A stretch of DNA of 36,184 bases from Candidatus Nanopelagicales bacterium. GTDB lineage: Bacteria > Actinomycetota > Actinomycetes > S36-B12 > UBA5976. Of this stretch, positions 16,549-25,419 are shown piece after piece (position 1 is the stretch's first letter; each line of letters opens with the position of its first letter). The stretch lies in the NCBI GenBank assembly GCA_023257525.1, contig JALRCB010000002.1, positions 1 through 36,184 on the forward strand, read 5' to 3'. The notes under the pieces were generated by a model that had not been told where the DNA came from, made no database searches, and worked only from the letters and a program-made list of their open reading frames with translations. The translations under genes and the position numbers were made by a program.

Positions 16549-17697
16549 ATGAATCAGATACCTTCGGTTGGTTCGGATGCAGCTATAGCACCTCGGACAG
16601 GCTCGGGAAGCCCACAATCGTCGCCGCAGCAACGAGCAGATGCAGTAGCAACGGTCGTTTCTGACAGTATTTCGGCCCGGGCTGACCCTGGGGTCATGCT
16701 CAAGGTTGTTCCGCCGCCTCAAACGAGAGAGGGGGGCGTCGCTGTACAGCGTGATGAGGCAACGAACAATGCACTGCTCGCGCTTTTGCAACTGCTGAGA
16801 GACCCCGGCCGAGTTGAAGGCGAATCGGTTGACTCCGCTACCGACGCGGACCAAGCGATTGCAGCGCGATTAGCGCGATTCTTAGCTAATTTACCTCCTG
16901 ATGTACAAAAGGCAATCGAGTCAGCGAAGACGCCTGAACTCGCTAAGCTCATTCGTCTCTCGGCGATGACCGCGCCTGGGATTAGGGAGGCACCTGCAGT
17001 CCTTGCAGGTCGATCGGACCCTCTCGCAACAGACCCAATGCTTGGCATGGAAGAGCTTCTTAGGGATATCGAATCATCACCCGTGTTTAAACTGACTGCA
17101 AAACTAAGAGACCTTGTAAGCACGGAAAGCGTGTCAACGCGCTTAGGTGAGTCACCTGCACGTTTCGAAGCGAATCAGACACCGAGGACCGAAGCTGGCG
17201 CCTATTCCCAAGCTGCAAACGGCACAACTCAGGGTTTTTTAAATTTGCTCAACGAGGCTGCGAATTCTGCTCAGCCTTCTTACCAGGATAATAGTCCTCG
17301 GCTCGCTGTGGGAGCTGAAATAGCCCAGAATTTTGACGCGGGTGATCTTCAGCAGGCCGTCAAGGACGGCCTTAGGCTCTTGATGGATGGCCGTCTTATT
17401 TGGCAAGGTGAAATTGTTCCCGGAAGCCCGCTGCGATTTGAACGAAGTGATGCTTGGGGAACATCTGCTGAATCCCCCGGGGGTATGGAGAAGGGCACGG
17501 TACTGAAAATTCAACTAGAACATCCGGAATTGGGTCGGATTGAGTTGAGAGCACTTGGACTCGGGGGGCAAGTAAACATTCGGCTTTTTGGCTCAGAGCC
17601 CGCAATTTCAATGATGCTCGGGGCGCTACCTAAGATGAATGACCGCTTGAAGCAGGTTGGTCTATCAGGCACCCAGATCTCTGTAGAATCCCACTGA
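16549..17697 (+). CDS. FliK-like hook-length-control domain protein (second copy in the window)
   Basis: The C-terminal segment VLKIQLEHPELGRIELRALGLGGQVNIRLFGSEPAISMMLGALPKMNDRLKQVGLSG matches the FliK C-terminal (Flg_hook) pattern l.L.P.eLG.v.v.l....g.v.v.f......r..l...l..Lr..L...Gl. The N-terminal part is low-complexity and Pro/Ala/Ser-rich. Confidence 0.7.
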   Translation: MNQIPSVGSDAAIAPRTGSGSPQSSPQQRADAVATVVSDSISARADPGVMLKVVPPPQTREGGVAVQRDEATNNALLALLQLLRDPGRVEGESVDSATDADQAIAARLARFLANLPPDVQKAIESAKTPELAKLIRLSAMTAPGIREAPAVLAGRSDPLATDPMLGMEELLRDIESSPVFKLTAKLRDLVSTESVSTRLGESPARFEANQTPRTEAGAYSQAANGTTQGFLNLLNEAANSAQPSYQDNSPRLAVGAEIAQNFDAGDLQQAVKDGLRLLMDGRLIWQGEIVPGSPLRFERSDAWGTSAESPGGMEKGTVLKIQLEHPELGRIELRALGLGGQVNIRLFGSEPAISMMLGALPKMNDRLKQVGLSGTQISVESH

Positions 17698-17698
17698 A

Positions 17699-17989
17699 AT
17701 GACTAAGTCTCATATCGGCGCGGGTGCTGCTGGAAAAAACCAAGCGGTTGCACTGCTTTACGAATCTAATTCAGTCGCACCGCGGGTACTCGCAAAAGGT
17801 GAAGGACTGCTGGCGGAAGCGATTCTTTCCAAGGCCCAACTTTCAGGTATTCCGCTTCGCGCAGAACCCGAATTGGTAGGACTGTTGATGCAAATCGAAC
17901 TCAACGACTACATACCTCCATCACTTTACATGGCGGTAGCCGAAGTTATTGCATGGGTTTATCAACTAAATGGCGAAAAAAAGATTTGA
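17699..17989 (+). CDS. Stand-alone FlhB C-terminal (CC) domain protein, YlqH/FhlB-like
   Basis: AVALLYESNSVAPRVLAKGEGLLAEAILSKAQLSGIPLRAEPELVGLLMQIELNDYIPPSLYMAVAEVIAWVY matches the FlhB/YscU segment that follows the NPTH autocleavage site (vAvAL.Y....aP.vvAKG....A..I...A....iPi.....LAr.L......IP..lY.aVAevLa.vy). There are no TM helices. The ATG is one nt after the upstream stop. Confidence 0.8.
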   Translation: MTKSHIGAGAAGKNQAVALLYESNSVAPRVLAKGEGLLAEAILSKAQLSGIPLRAEPELVGLLMQIELNDYIPPSLYMAVAEVIAWVYQLNGEKKI

Positions 17990-18016
17990 AGCCTTTTCCG
18001 AGTTAATAAAGGCCAG

Positions 18017-18415
18017 TTAGACCTGCATGTTCATTACTTCCCGGTACGCCTCGACCAAACGGTTTCTAACCTGAACCATACCCTGCATAGCGAGGCTTGC
18101 GCGTTGCATTGAAATCATAACTTCTTCCAAGGACACCTTGTCATCGCCGAGCTGATACGCTTGAGCCTTGCTTTGAGCCGTTGTTTGTGCGTCAGAAATT
18201 CCCCGTATTGCGTCTTTTAGCACGGATTGAAAGTCGAGTTTAGGCTGACTTGCGTATGCAGCACTATCGCTGATACCGCCGAGTCGACTTATTGAACTGA
18301 GCCCGTCTGGCGATGTGGTTGTGCCTTGAACACGGGCTTGAAGGGCGGCAGCTCGAGTAGTCAGGTCTCGCAATCGAGCCGCAATATCGTCAGAAGATAG
18401 GGCGTTAATTTCCAT
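18017..18415 (-). CDS. fliE: Flagellar hook-basal body complex protein FliE
   Basis: The C-terminal FQSVLKDAIRGISDAQTTAQSKAQAYQLGDDKVSLEEVMISMQRASLAMQGMVQVRNRLVEAYREVMNMQV is the conserved FliE pattern. Confidence 0.9.
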   Translation of the reverse strand: MEINALSSDDIAARLRDLTTRAAALQARVQGTTTSPDGLSSISRLGGISDSAAYASQPKLDFQSVLKDAIRGISDAQTTAQSKAQAYQLGDDKVSLEEVMISMQRASLAMQGMVQVRNRLVEAYREVMNMQV

Positions 18416-18462
18416 ACATTACTTATACGGCGAAATCGGTAAAAAAGTCAAATCCGCTGGCA

Positions 18463-19836
18463 TCAATCTGGTATCTCAAATCCCTGTTCTCTCCACTGCT
18501 TGAGCTTATAGCGCAATGTCCGTTCAGAGATACCTAAAATTTCAATAGCTCTTCGCCGACTGCCTCCAACTTGCTCTAGCACATGAAGAATGTGTTCACG
18601 CTCGAGCTTCCGAATGTCGCCCTGAGGTTCGTGCAACTTGACCGCCTGCGAATGTTGTCGAGTGGCGGGTAACAACTCGGCCGGACTGACAAACTCATGT
18701 ACGGGAATCTCTATCGCAAGGTCTGCCGGTTCGATCCAAATGCCATCACAAAGAAGCAAACCCCTTTGAATCGTATTTTCTAATTCACGTACGTTGCCAG
18801 GCCAAGCATGTGAGTAGAGTTGCTTCCTCGCGCGGTCTGACAGTCTGGACTCGGGTTGCCCCATACTCGCTCGATACCTCAATAAGAATCGTTCCGCTAG
18901 CGGCAGTATGTCATCGCGTCGCTCCCTAAGGGGTGGTATCTTCAGCGGGAAAACATTGATTCGATAAAACAAGTCTTCGCGAAATTCGCTCTTTGCAACC
19001 TTGCGTGAGAGATCTTGATTCGTTGCAGCAAGCACCCTTACGTCAAGCTGGATCGTCTGGTGAGACCCGACCCGTTCAACTTGTTTTTCCTGTAGAACTC
19101 GGAGGAGCTTTGCCTGCAAGTCGAGCGGCATCTCCCCAATTTCATCGAGAAGTATGGTGCCCCCCTGGGCAACTTCGAACTTTCCGGGTTGACTCTTGAT
19201 TGCGCCGGTAAATGCGCCTCGTTCATGTCCGAACAGTGTTGGCTCAAGCAAGGCACCTGGAATTGCCGCGCAGTTAATGGCTACAAATGGAAACTTCGAA
19301 CGATTAGATCGCTCATGAATAAACCTCGCCATCACCTCCTTGCCGCTGCCGGATTCTCCAGTCAAGAGGACGGTCGCATCAGTTTGAGCAACCCTGGCAA
19401 GCCGTTGAATGAGTTGTCTCGTGATGGCATCAACAGCGACTGGACCGTCTGCGCCGAGCGGCTGGCTTGAATCGTCGAGCGGTAGATACCTTCGAACTAC
19501 ATCAATAAACTGGTCAGGCTTAAACGGTTTCAGGAGGAAATCACGAGCTCCTCCCTTGAGAGCTTCAACAGCTGTCTTTGCATCAGCGTAGGCTGTCATT
19601 AAGACGACTGGGAGTTCTGGTCGACGACTGCGGGCTTCAAACAGCAGGTCAAGTCCCGATTTATGGGGTAGGCGGATGTCCGAAACCACAGCGCACCAGC
19701 TGGGATCATCGAGTTCACGAATCGCTTCCTCCGCTGATCCAAATGACTTAAATTCAATCGACTCGAGGGAAAGCGTTACCGCAAGCGCCTCGCGCAACGG
19801 TTCGTCATCTTCGATCAGCAGAATTCGATGTGGCAC
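18463..19836 (-). CDS. fleR: Sigma-54-dependent two-component response regulator (FleR/FlrC type)
   Basis: REC domain (ILLIEDD...[15 protein letters not shown]...KPF). AAA+ sigma-54 activator domain (GESGSGKE Walker A, GAFTGA loop, ILLDEIGEM Walker B). C-terminal Fis-type HTH ([20 protein letters not shown]). GTG start. Confidence 0.9.
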   Translation of the reverse strand: MPHRILLIEDDEPLREALAVTLSLESIEFKSFGSAEEAIRELDDPSWCAVVSDIRLPHKSGLDLLFEARSRRPELPVVLMTAYADAKTAVEALKGGARDFLLKPFKPDQFIDVVRRYLPLDDSSQPLGADGPVAVDAITRQLIQRLARVAQTDATVLLTGESGSGKEVMARFIHERSNRSKFPFVAINCAAIPGALLEPTLFGHERGAFTGAIKSQPGKFEVAQGGTILLDEIGEMPLDLQAKLLRVLQEKQVERVGSHQTIQLDVRVLAATNQDLSRKVAKSEFREDLFYRINVFPLKIPPLRERRDDILPLAERFLLRYRASMGQPESRLSDRARKQLYSHAWPGNVRELENTIQRGLLLCDGIWIEPADLAIEIPVHEFVSPAELLPATRQHSQAVKLHEPQGDIRKLEREHILHVLEQVGGSRRRAIEILGISERTLRYKLKQWREQGFEIPD

Positions 19837-19973
19837 TTTACAATTTAGATAACATTTCTCGTGCAGTATAGCGACTAACCTTCAGAATCACTTTGTTTGG
19901 AGCGTTGGGACATAAGCGTATGCAAGAGCGTTTAGTGCGCGTAGGCATTATGAACAAACCTTGTTTTGTTGAG

Positions 19974-21218
19974 CTAGAGCGGGGCAAATACAGGTAAAAC
20001 GACCTGAAATTCGGCGCCTCTGCCCCGAAGGTTTCTCGCTTGAAGTTCACCGCGATGGGCTTCGATGGCTGCTTTCGCGATGGATAGGCCCAAGCCTGTA
20101 CCTCCAGGCGTTTGCGTGGAGAATGGTTCAAAGAGACGGTCAAGTATCGCTGCAGGGATACCTTTTCCTTCATCCCTGATGTAGATATAAAGTCGCGACA
20201 TCGATACGCTGGCTTCAAGTTCAACAGCGGCACCGGCGTTAGACACCTCAAGGCAGTTTTCTAGTAAAGATATTACACCGCCCTTCAACTGGTCGAGTTG
20301 CACGCTGAGTAAGTGTTCACCACCAGAAACTTGAATCTTCAGAACAACACTCTTTTCCGCAAAAAGCGGGCCTATGGCTTGGCGGCACTCTTCAATGAGC
20401 TCCCCAACCGAAATGACTTGTCGGTTTGTTTGTTGGTTCCGTAGAAAACTCATCATCCTTGAGACTAGACTCTCTAAGCCGACAAGTTGCCTACCCAGTT
20501 GCTTGGCAAAGATTAGTCGCTTGTCAGGGTCGAGCTGTTCTCGTGCTAGATGCCCTGCGTATAGTGTTGCGGTCGCAAGTGGCGTGCGAAGTTGATGGGC
20601 AATTTCGGCAGCCATACGACCCATCGCAGCCAGCTTAGCCTCGCGCTCAATCGACTCCCTAGCTCTGAAAGTTGCAGTAACATCGTGCAACAGTATTAGC
20701 TCTCTCGCCAGGGGGAGATCGCGAGACTCCGGACGTATAACTCGGGCATCTTGATCCTGCCCTGTTCTAAAATGTGTGTCATCTACTGCGGTCCACTGAC
20801 GAGGTAAATGCCAGGGCAAACCGACCCGAAGTTCATAAGCGAGTTGCGTGGAAATTTCATTGCACGCGTAAACGACACCATGCTGGACGATGATGACGCC
20901 GGTCGGCAAGGCGGCTAGTAGACCTGATAACTCCTCAGCAAGCCGACCCTTGGCTTCTATCTGTAGTTTGAGGTCCTTATTGCTTTTAGCTAGATCTTCG
21001 GTGAGGCGATAGATCTCGTCGGAGAGGCGCTTTTGGGAGGATTCCAGCTCTCGGGTTGCATCCACGAAATGCAAAAATGCGGCCTCAAGTTCCTCAGCGC
21101 TTTGTGGAGATAGCATTTGAGGAAGGCTCAGCGACCCCTCTTGTCCTGGTGCGCCCGTACTTGTATGGTGAGCGCTAGGTGCATCGATAGGGTTCTGGGC
21201 CACTTTTCGGGTTTGCAT
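19974..21218 (-). CDS. fleS: Soluble PAS-type sensor histidine kinase (FleS/FlrB type)
   Basis: H-box (MAAEIAHQLRTPLATATLY), N box (LLENCLEVS) and G boxes (IRDEGKGIP, GGTGLGLSIAK). No TM helix is evident. Lies upstream of fleR. Confidence 0.85.
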   Translation of the reverse strand: MQTRKVAQNPIDAPSAHHTSTGAPGQEGSLSLPQMLSPQSAEELEAAFLHFVDATRELESSQKRLSDEIYRLTEDLAKSNKDLKLQIEAKGRLAEELSGLLAALPTGVIIVQHGVVYACNEISTQLAYELRVGLPWHLPRQWTAVDDTHFRTGQDQDARVIRPESRDLPLARELILLHDVTATFRARESIEREAKLAAMGRMAAEIAHQLRTPLATATLYAGHLAREQLDPDKRLIFAKQLGRQLVGLESLVSRMMSFLRNQQTNRQVISVGELIEECRQAIGPLFAEKSVVLKIQVSGGEHLLSVQLDQLKGGVISLLENCLEVSNAGAAVELEASVSMSRLYIYIRDEGKGIPAAILDRLFEPFSTQTPGGTGLGLSIAKAAIEAHRGELQARNLRGRGAEFQVVLPVFAPL

Positions 21219-21252
21219 ATTTGGAAAACGGTTAGAAGGGACATCCTCATTT

Positions 21253-21289
21253 AGTCTGCCACCAAAGTTGCATTCATCAACGGCAGACT
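21253..21289 (+). promoter_or_regulatory. Possible imperfect sigma-54 promoter for fliF, embedded in an 8-bp inverted repeat
   Basis: TGCCAC-caaag-TTGCAT (21257-21273) has a perfect -12 element and correct spacing, but GC replaces the invariant GG at -24. It is flanked by AGTCTGCC (21253-21260) and GGCAGACT (21282-21289). About 116 nt upstream of the preferred fliF ATG. Confidence 0.3.
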
Positions 21290-21388
21290 CGACTTACATT
21301 CGTGCTGTACTTCGGGTCGGCAAAATTTGCCCCCCGGCAAAACCTGCTGAATAATTCGGTTGAACTTTACAACGAGACTTATAGAACT

Positions 21389-23308
21389 ATGGCCGATGTC
21401 AACCCCGGACTTGCGGCGCAAGCTGAAAATGGTGCGACTGTTATTGGTGTGAATCCAAATGCTATCGTGCAAGAGGAGGTTGCACCGCCCAAAGTCGAGC
21501 GAATGAATCGCCCAGGTGGGCCTAAGACGCTTGCTGATCGCTGGCAGGAGGTCGTTGGCCGCGTTAGTGAACTGCCTCCGCTTCGAAAGGTGCTTCTTGC
21601 CGTATCGATTTTGCTCGTTGCAGTGACGGTTGTTTTGGTAGCTGCCTCCGGGGATAGCAAGGATGACTACAAGGTACTTTTTTCGAATGTGAACGACAAA
21701 GACGGTGCTGCGATCGTGGCAGCATTGGAGCAAATGAAAGTTCCACACCGATTTACAGAGGGTGGTGGAGCTATCTTGGTCCCGGCTGACAAGGTTTACG
21801 ACGCAAGGTTGAAACTCGCAGGACAAGGTCTTCCCAAAGCGGGTAACGTCGGCTTCGAGCTTCTTGAGAATCAAAAGCTTGGGACGTCTCAGTTCGTTGA
21901 GCAGGTGAATTACCAACGAGCCCTTGAATCAGAGTTATCTGGTTCGATCAAGACACTGGCGCAAGTTCGAGATGCAAGAGTTCATCTCGCGATACCTAAA
22001 ACCTCAGCCTTCTTGCGAGATCAGCCCAAACCTACCGCATCTGTGGTGCTTACGCTACATCCGGGGCGAGTCGTTGATGATCAGCAGGTCACGGCGATTA
22101 CGCACCTTGTTTCCTCTTCGATACCTCAGCTAGCGCCATCCATGGTGACTGTTGTTGACAGCGATGGGGGGCTTCTTGCTCCAAATGCTTCGAGGGGTGC
22201 GGCAGCTGGAATGGACGCTGCTCAGATTAAGTATGTCGGTGAGGTTGAAAACCAAGTTTCAAGACGGATCGTTACAATTCTCGAGCCTGTAACTGGTCGG
22301 GACAACGTGCGGGCTCAAGTAGCTGTCGATGTCGATTTCACTCAAAGCGAGCGCGCCGAGGAAATCTTCAAGCCGAACTCAGGGCAAAACCCAGCAAGTA
22401 TTCGGTCACAACAAAATCTCGAAGCGAGCGGTCCGGTTACGAGCGCTGGGGGCATTCCAGGCGCGCTAAGCAATCAACCACCGCAAGGCGGACAGGCGCC
22501 TGTCGATGGCCAACCGGGTCAGGGTCAGGCGCAACCTCCTGGTACACAGAGCCCGGTATCGACGAATGCAAACAGAAAAGAGCAGACGGTTAACTACGAA
22601 GTTGACAGAGCGATTCAGACGGTTAGAGGACCGCGGGCATCTGTGAAGCGCGTTTCTAGTGCGGTTATTGTGAATTACAAAAAGACAGTTGACGCGGATG
22701 GAAACGTAAAGGAAACACCATATTCGCAGCAAGAGCTCCAGCAGATGACGGCGCTTGTTCGAGATGCGATGGGTTTTTCCCAGCAAAGGGGGGACTCGGT
22801 TTCGGTTGTGAGCATTCCGTTTTCTCCACCCGTTATTGATGAGCCGCCGTTTTGGAAACAGGCAACCTTTGCAAGCGTGATGAAGGAGTTTTTCAAGTTT
22901 TTGATTATTGCAACTGTGCTCGGCTTAGTAACCGTTTTCTTGGTACGACCAATTCTCTTTCCGCCTCCACCTAAGGTTGTTGAGGAAGAGCAGCGGATCG
23001 AGGAAGAATTTGATGAACGTGTTAAAGCAGAATTGCAGGCCATGTCGCCCGCCGCACGAGAGAAACGTCGACTTGAGCTTGAGCTGGAGCGTGAACGTAG
23101 GCGTTTGCAAGAAGAAGAAGAGCGCCAACGCCTCGAGGAAGAACGACGGATTCTCGAGGACAAACGCAAGCGTGAGGAGGAGGAAAAGGCGGCTGAATAC
23201 GAAGAGCTGCTAGCTTACGCCAAGGAGTTTGTCCAAAAAGATCCGCGTGTCGTCGCAGCGATATTCAAACAATGGTTACAAGAAGATGTGGAAAAAGGTT
23301 TGGCTTGA
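21389..23308 (+). CDS. fliF: Flagellar MS-ring protein FliF
   Basis: Matches seen: YKVLFSNVNDKDGAAIVAALEQMKVPHRF..GGGAILVPADKVYDARLKLAGQGLP, VQILEN-type LENQKLGTSQF, and AVIVNYK. Two TM helices. The C-terminal DPRVVAAIFKQWLQED is the usual FliG-binding tail. ATG at 21389 (MADVNPG) is preferred over the track start at 21302. Confidence 0.95.
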   Translation: MADVNPGLAAQAENGATVIGVNPNAIVQEEVAPPKVERMNRPGGPKTLADRWQEVVGRVSELPPLRKVLLAVSILLVAVTVVLVAASGDSKDDYKVLFSNVNDKDGAAIVAALEQMKVPHRFTEGGGAILVPADKVYDARLKLAGQGLPKAGNVGFELLENQKLGTSQFVEQVNYQRALESELSGSIKTLAQVRDARVHLAIPKTSAFLRDQPKPTASVVLTLHPGRVVDDQQVTAITHLVSSSIPQLAPSMVTVVDSDGGLLAPNASRGAAAGMDAAQIKYVGEVENQVSRRIVTILEPVTGRDNVRAQVAVDVDFTQSERAEEIFKPNSGQNPASIRSQQNLEASGPVTSAGGIPGALSNQPPQGGQAPVDGQPGQGQAQPPGTQSPVSTNANRKEQTVNYEVDRAIQTVRGPRASVKRVSSAVIVNYKKTVDADGNVKETPYSQQELQQMTALVRDAMGFSQQRGDSVSVVSIPFSPPVIDEPPFWKQATFASVMKEFFKFLIIATVLGLVTVFLVRPILFPPPPKVVEEEQRIEEEFDERVKAELQAMSPAAREKRRLELELERERRRLQEEEERQRLEEERRILEDKRKREEEEKAAEYEELLAYAKEFVQKDPRVVAAIFKQWLQEDVEKGLA

Positions 23309-23360
23309 CCTTAGGTAGGCCATTCAAGTTGAGCGCTTCATTCGATCCCGAGGCACATGC

Positions 23361-24053
23361 ATGACAAGGTTGGCTGCAGAGCGCTGGTTCCCTCCAAGTT
23401 TTGATCCTCCAATTCCGGAGCCAGAACCCGAAATTGTATGGCCGACGGTTGAGGAAATTGAAGCGATTCGTGAGGCTGCTCGTAGGGAGGGCTTTGATGC
23501 AGGTCGCCAAGAGGGGTACGAGCGAGGTGTTGCTGAGGGCTTGACTCAAGGTTTTGAGCAAGGGCTAAATGAGGGACGTGAACAGGCATACGTTGAGCAT
23601 GTGGCCAAGATCGCCGAGTTGACCAGTGCACTTGAGGCTTTCATTCATGAGTTAAAGGATCTGCCAGACGTGATCCTCGAGCCTATCACTGACTTAGCCT
23701 GGTCAATTGCGCAGCGACTTTCACTTTCAGATCATATCGATAGAGGCCCATTTTTAGGCGCGGTTGAAGAAGCTTTGATGCGTCTTCCGTCTCCAGGTGA
23801 AAATTTGTTACTCCGAGTTCCGCCTGCCATGAGAATTATTTGGGACGAGTTTCTGGAGCGCGCGGGATTACCATTCAAAGTCGACGTGTTGGCGGACGCT
23901 GAACAGCATAGTGGTGCATTTATAGAAGTTGGTGGAAGCCGGCTTGATGTTGGGCCCGAGGCGAGAAGAGCGCTTGTATTGATGGCAATGGGGCTATTGC
24001 CGCGAGAATCCGACGATACAAGTGGGGCGGTTGACCTTGAGCAGTCGAGCTGA
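23361..24053 (+). CDS. fliH: Flagellar export ATPase regulator FliH
   Basis: Repeat-like charged helix (EEIEAIREAARREGFDAGRQEGYERGVAEGLTQGFEQGLNEGREQA) followed by a C-terminal domain (LLLRVPPA...GAFIEVGGSRLDVGPEAR). Immediately upstream of fliI and overlapping it. Confidence 0.85.
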   Translation: MTRLAAERWFPPSFDPPIPEPEPEIVWPTVEEIEAIREAARREGFDAGRQEGYERGVAEGLTQGFEQGLNEGREQAYVEHVAKIAELTSALEAFIHELKDLPDVILEPITDLAWSIAQRLSLSDHIDRGPFLGAVEEALMRLPSPGENLLLRVPPAMRIIWDEFLERAGLPFKVDVLADAEQHSGAFIEVGGSRLDVGPEARRALVLMAMGLLPRESDDTSGAVDLEQSS

Positions 24054-25419
24054 GTCCGCCGCCAAGCGCTTATCGGGTTGGTCCTCCCGAATCAGAGCCG
24101 CTCCGCGAGGCGTACGTAGTGGACGTCTTGAGCGCGTATCTGGCCTGATGCTTGAAGTTGGCGGCTTGCCTATGACCATCGGAAACCGAGCGGCTATTGC
24201 TTCTAGACATGGGTGGGTTGAATGTGAGTGCGTAGGATTTTCAGGCGGTACAACATTTCTAATGCCTATCGACCCGGCGGTTAATGTTGCGCCCGGTGCT
24301 GTTGTCTACCCAGCAAATACACCTGCGCTGGCTGGCGGCCGATTTGTTCCTATCGAATCCGCGCCACCATTGCCGATTGGTGACACGCTCATGGGCCGGA
24401 TCGTTGACGGTTATGGGCGCGCTTTGGATGGTCATCCAGTTGGATCGGAAGCCCCCAACAATTACCGATCAACTCCGATCAATCCATTGCATCGACAACC
24501 CATCAACGAACCACTGGACTCTGGGGTTCGATCGATTAACGCTATGTTGACGGTCGGTCGCGGACAAAGGGTTGGGATCTTCGCAGGTTCTGGGGTTGGT
24601 AAGTCGGTCCTTCTTGGGATGCTCGCGAGGCGATGTGTCGCAGACGTTGTGGTGATCGGCCTCGTTGGGGAACGGGGTCGTGAGGTGCGTGAGTTCTGCG
24701 AGGATACGCTCGGTTTTGAGGCTCTCCGTCGTTCGGTCGTTGTCGCTGCACCTGCCGACGCAAGTCCCTTGGCGAGACTTCGGGGCGCACTGTTTGCCAC
24801 TGATGTCGCAACGTTCTTTCGGGATAAGGGACGTCATGTGGTTCTCATCATCGACTCGCTCACGCGATTTGCCATGGCACAGCGAGAAATAGCGCTGTCA
24901 CTCGGAGAACCCCCTGTTTCCCGGGGCTACCCACCTTCAGTATTCGCAAAAATGCCAGAGTTGGTCGAAAAGGTTGGTAATGGGTCTGTGCCTAATTCAT
25001 CCATTACCTCGTTCTACACCATCCTATTAGAGGGTGACGATATACACGATCCGGTCGCTGACACAGCCCGTGGCATCCTCGACGGTCACCTCTTTTTATC
25101 GCGAGAACTGGCAGATGCAGGGCACTATCCCGCTATTGATATTGAAAAGTCGATCTCGCGCGTGATGCCAAGGGTTACCGACAGTCGACATCAGCTGGCA
25201 GCTAGGAGGCTGAAACAGTTGATTTCTCGCTATATGCGTGGGCGTGATCTTGTTGCAATGGGTGCCTACGCTCCAGGCAGCGATCCTGGACTTGACGAGG
25301 CGCTACGACTTTGGCCAGAAATCCAAGCTTTTCTGCAGCAAAATATGGACGAAACCTTCGATATGGAGCATTCCATTGCTGGATTGTTGATGCTGACAGG
25401 TGCGGCGGATGCTCCGTAA
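24022..25419 (+). CDS. fliI: Flagellum-specific ATPase FliI
   Basis: Walker A (GIFAGSGVGKSVLLGM), Walker B (VVLIIDSLTRFA) and an F1/T3SS ATPase pattern (GSITSFYTILLEGDDIHDPVAD..RGILDGH). The GTG start at 24022 is uncertain; an in-frame TTG lies at 24031. Confidence 0.96.
   Translation: MGRLTLSSRAESAAKRLSGWSSRIRAAPRGVRSGRLERVSGLMLEVGGLPMTIGNRAAIASRHGWVECECVGFSGGTTFLMPIDPAVNVAPGAVVYPANTPALAGGRFVPIESAPPLPIGDTLMGRIVDGYGRALDGHPVGSEAPNNYRSTPINPLHRQPINEPLDSGVRSINAMLTVGRGQRVGIFAGSGVGKSVLLGMLARRCVADVVVIGLVGERGREVREFCEDTLGFEALRRSVVVAAPADASPLARLRGALFATDVATFFRDKGRHVVLIIDSLTRFAMAQREIALSLGEPPVSRGYPPSVFAKMPELVEKVGNGSVPNSSITSFYTILLEGDDIHDPVADTARGILDGHLFLSRELADAGHYPAIDIEKSISRVMPRVTDSRHQLAARRLKQLISRYMRGRDLVAMGAYAPGSDPGLDEALRLWPEIQAFLQQNMDETFDMEHSIAGLLMLTGAADAP

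Noticed and set aside
17991-18013. GCCTTT-N11-AAAGGC inverted repeat between the convergent flhB-like and fliE genes, as a possible bidirectional terminator
   Set aside because: The stem is a 6-bp AT-rich one with an 11-nt loop and no flanking U-run on either strand, so it is below a reasonable threshold.
19838-20251. 137-aa minus-strand ORF bridging the fleS 3' end and the fleS-fleR gap
   Set aside because: It is out of frame with and overlaps the fleS HATPase domain, which has clear G-boxes. No independent support.
21251-21916. 221-aa minus-strand ORF overlapping the fleS/fliF intergenic region and the fliF 5' end
   Set aside because: It is antisense to the well-conserved FliF N-terminus and spans the putative promoter region. 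Its composition is odd, with no motif and no RBS context, so it is most likely spurious.
22675-23169. 164-aa minus-strand ORF rich in R and S (also 22925-23128 and 22977-23213)
   Set aside because: It is an artefact of the low-complexity GAG/GAA/CGN-rich DNA that encodes the charged FliF tail. Any frame stays open there.
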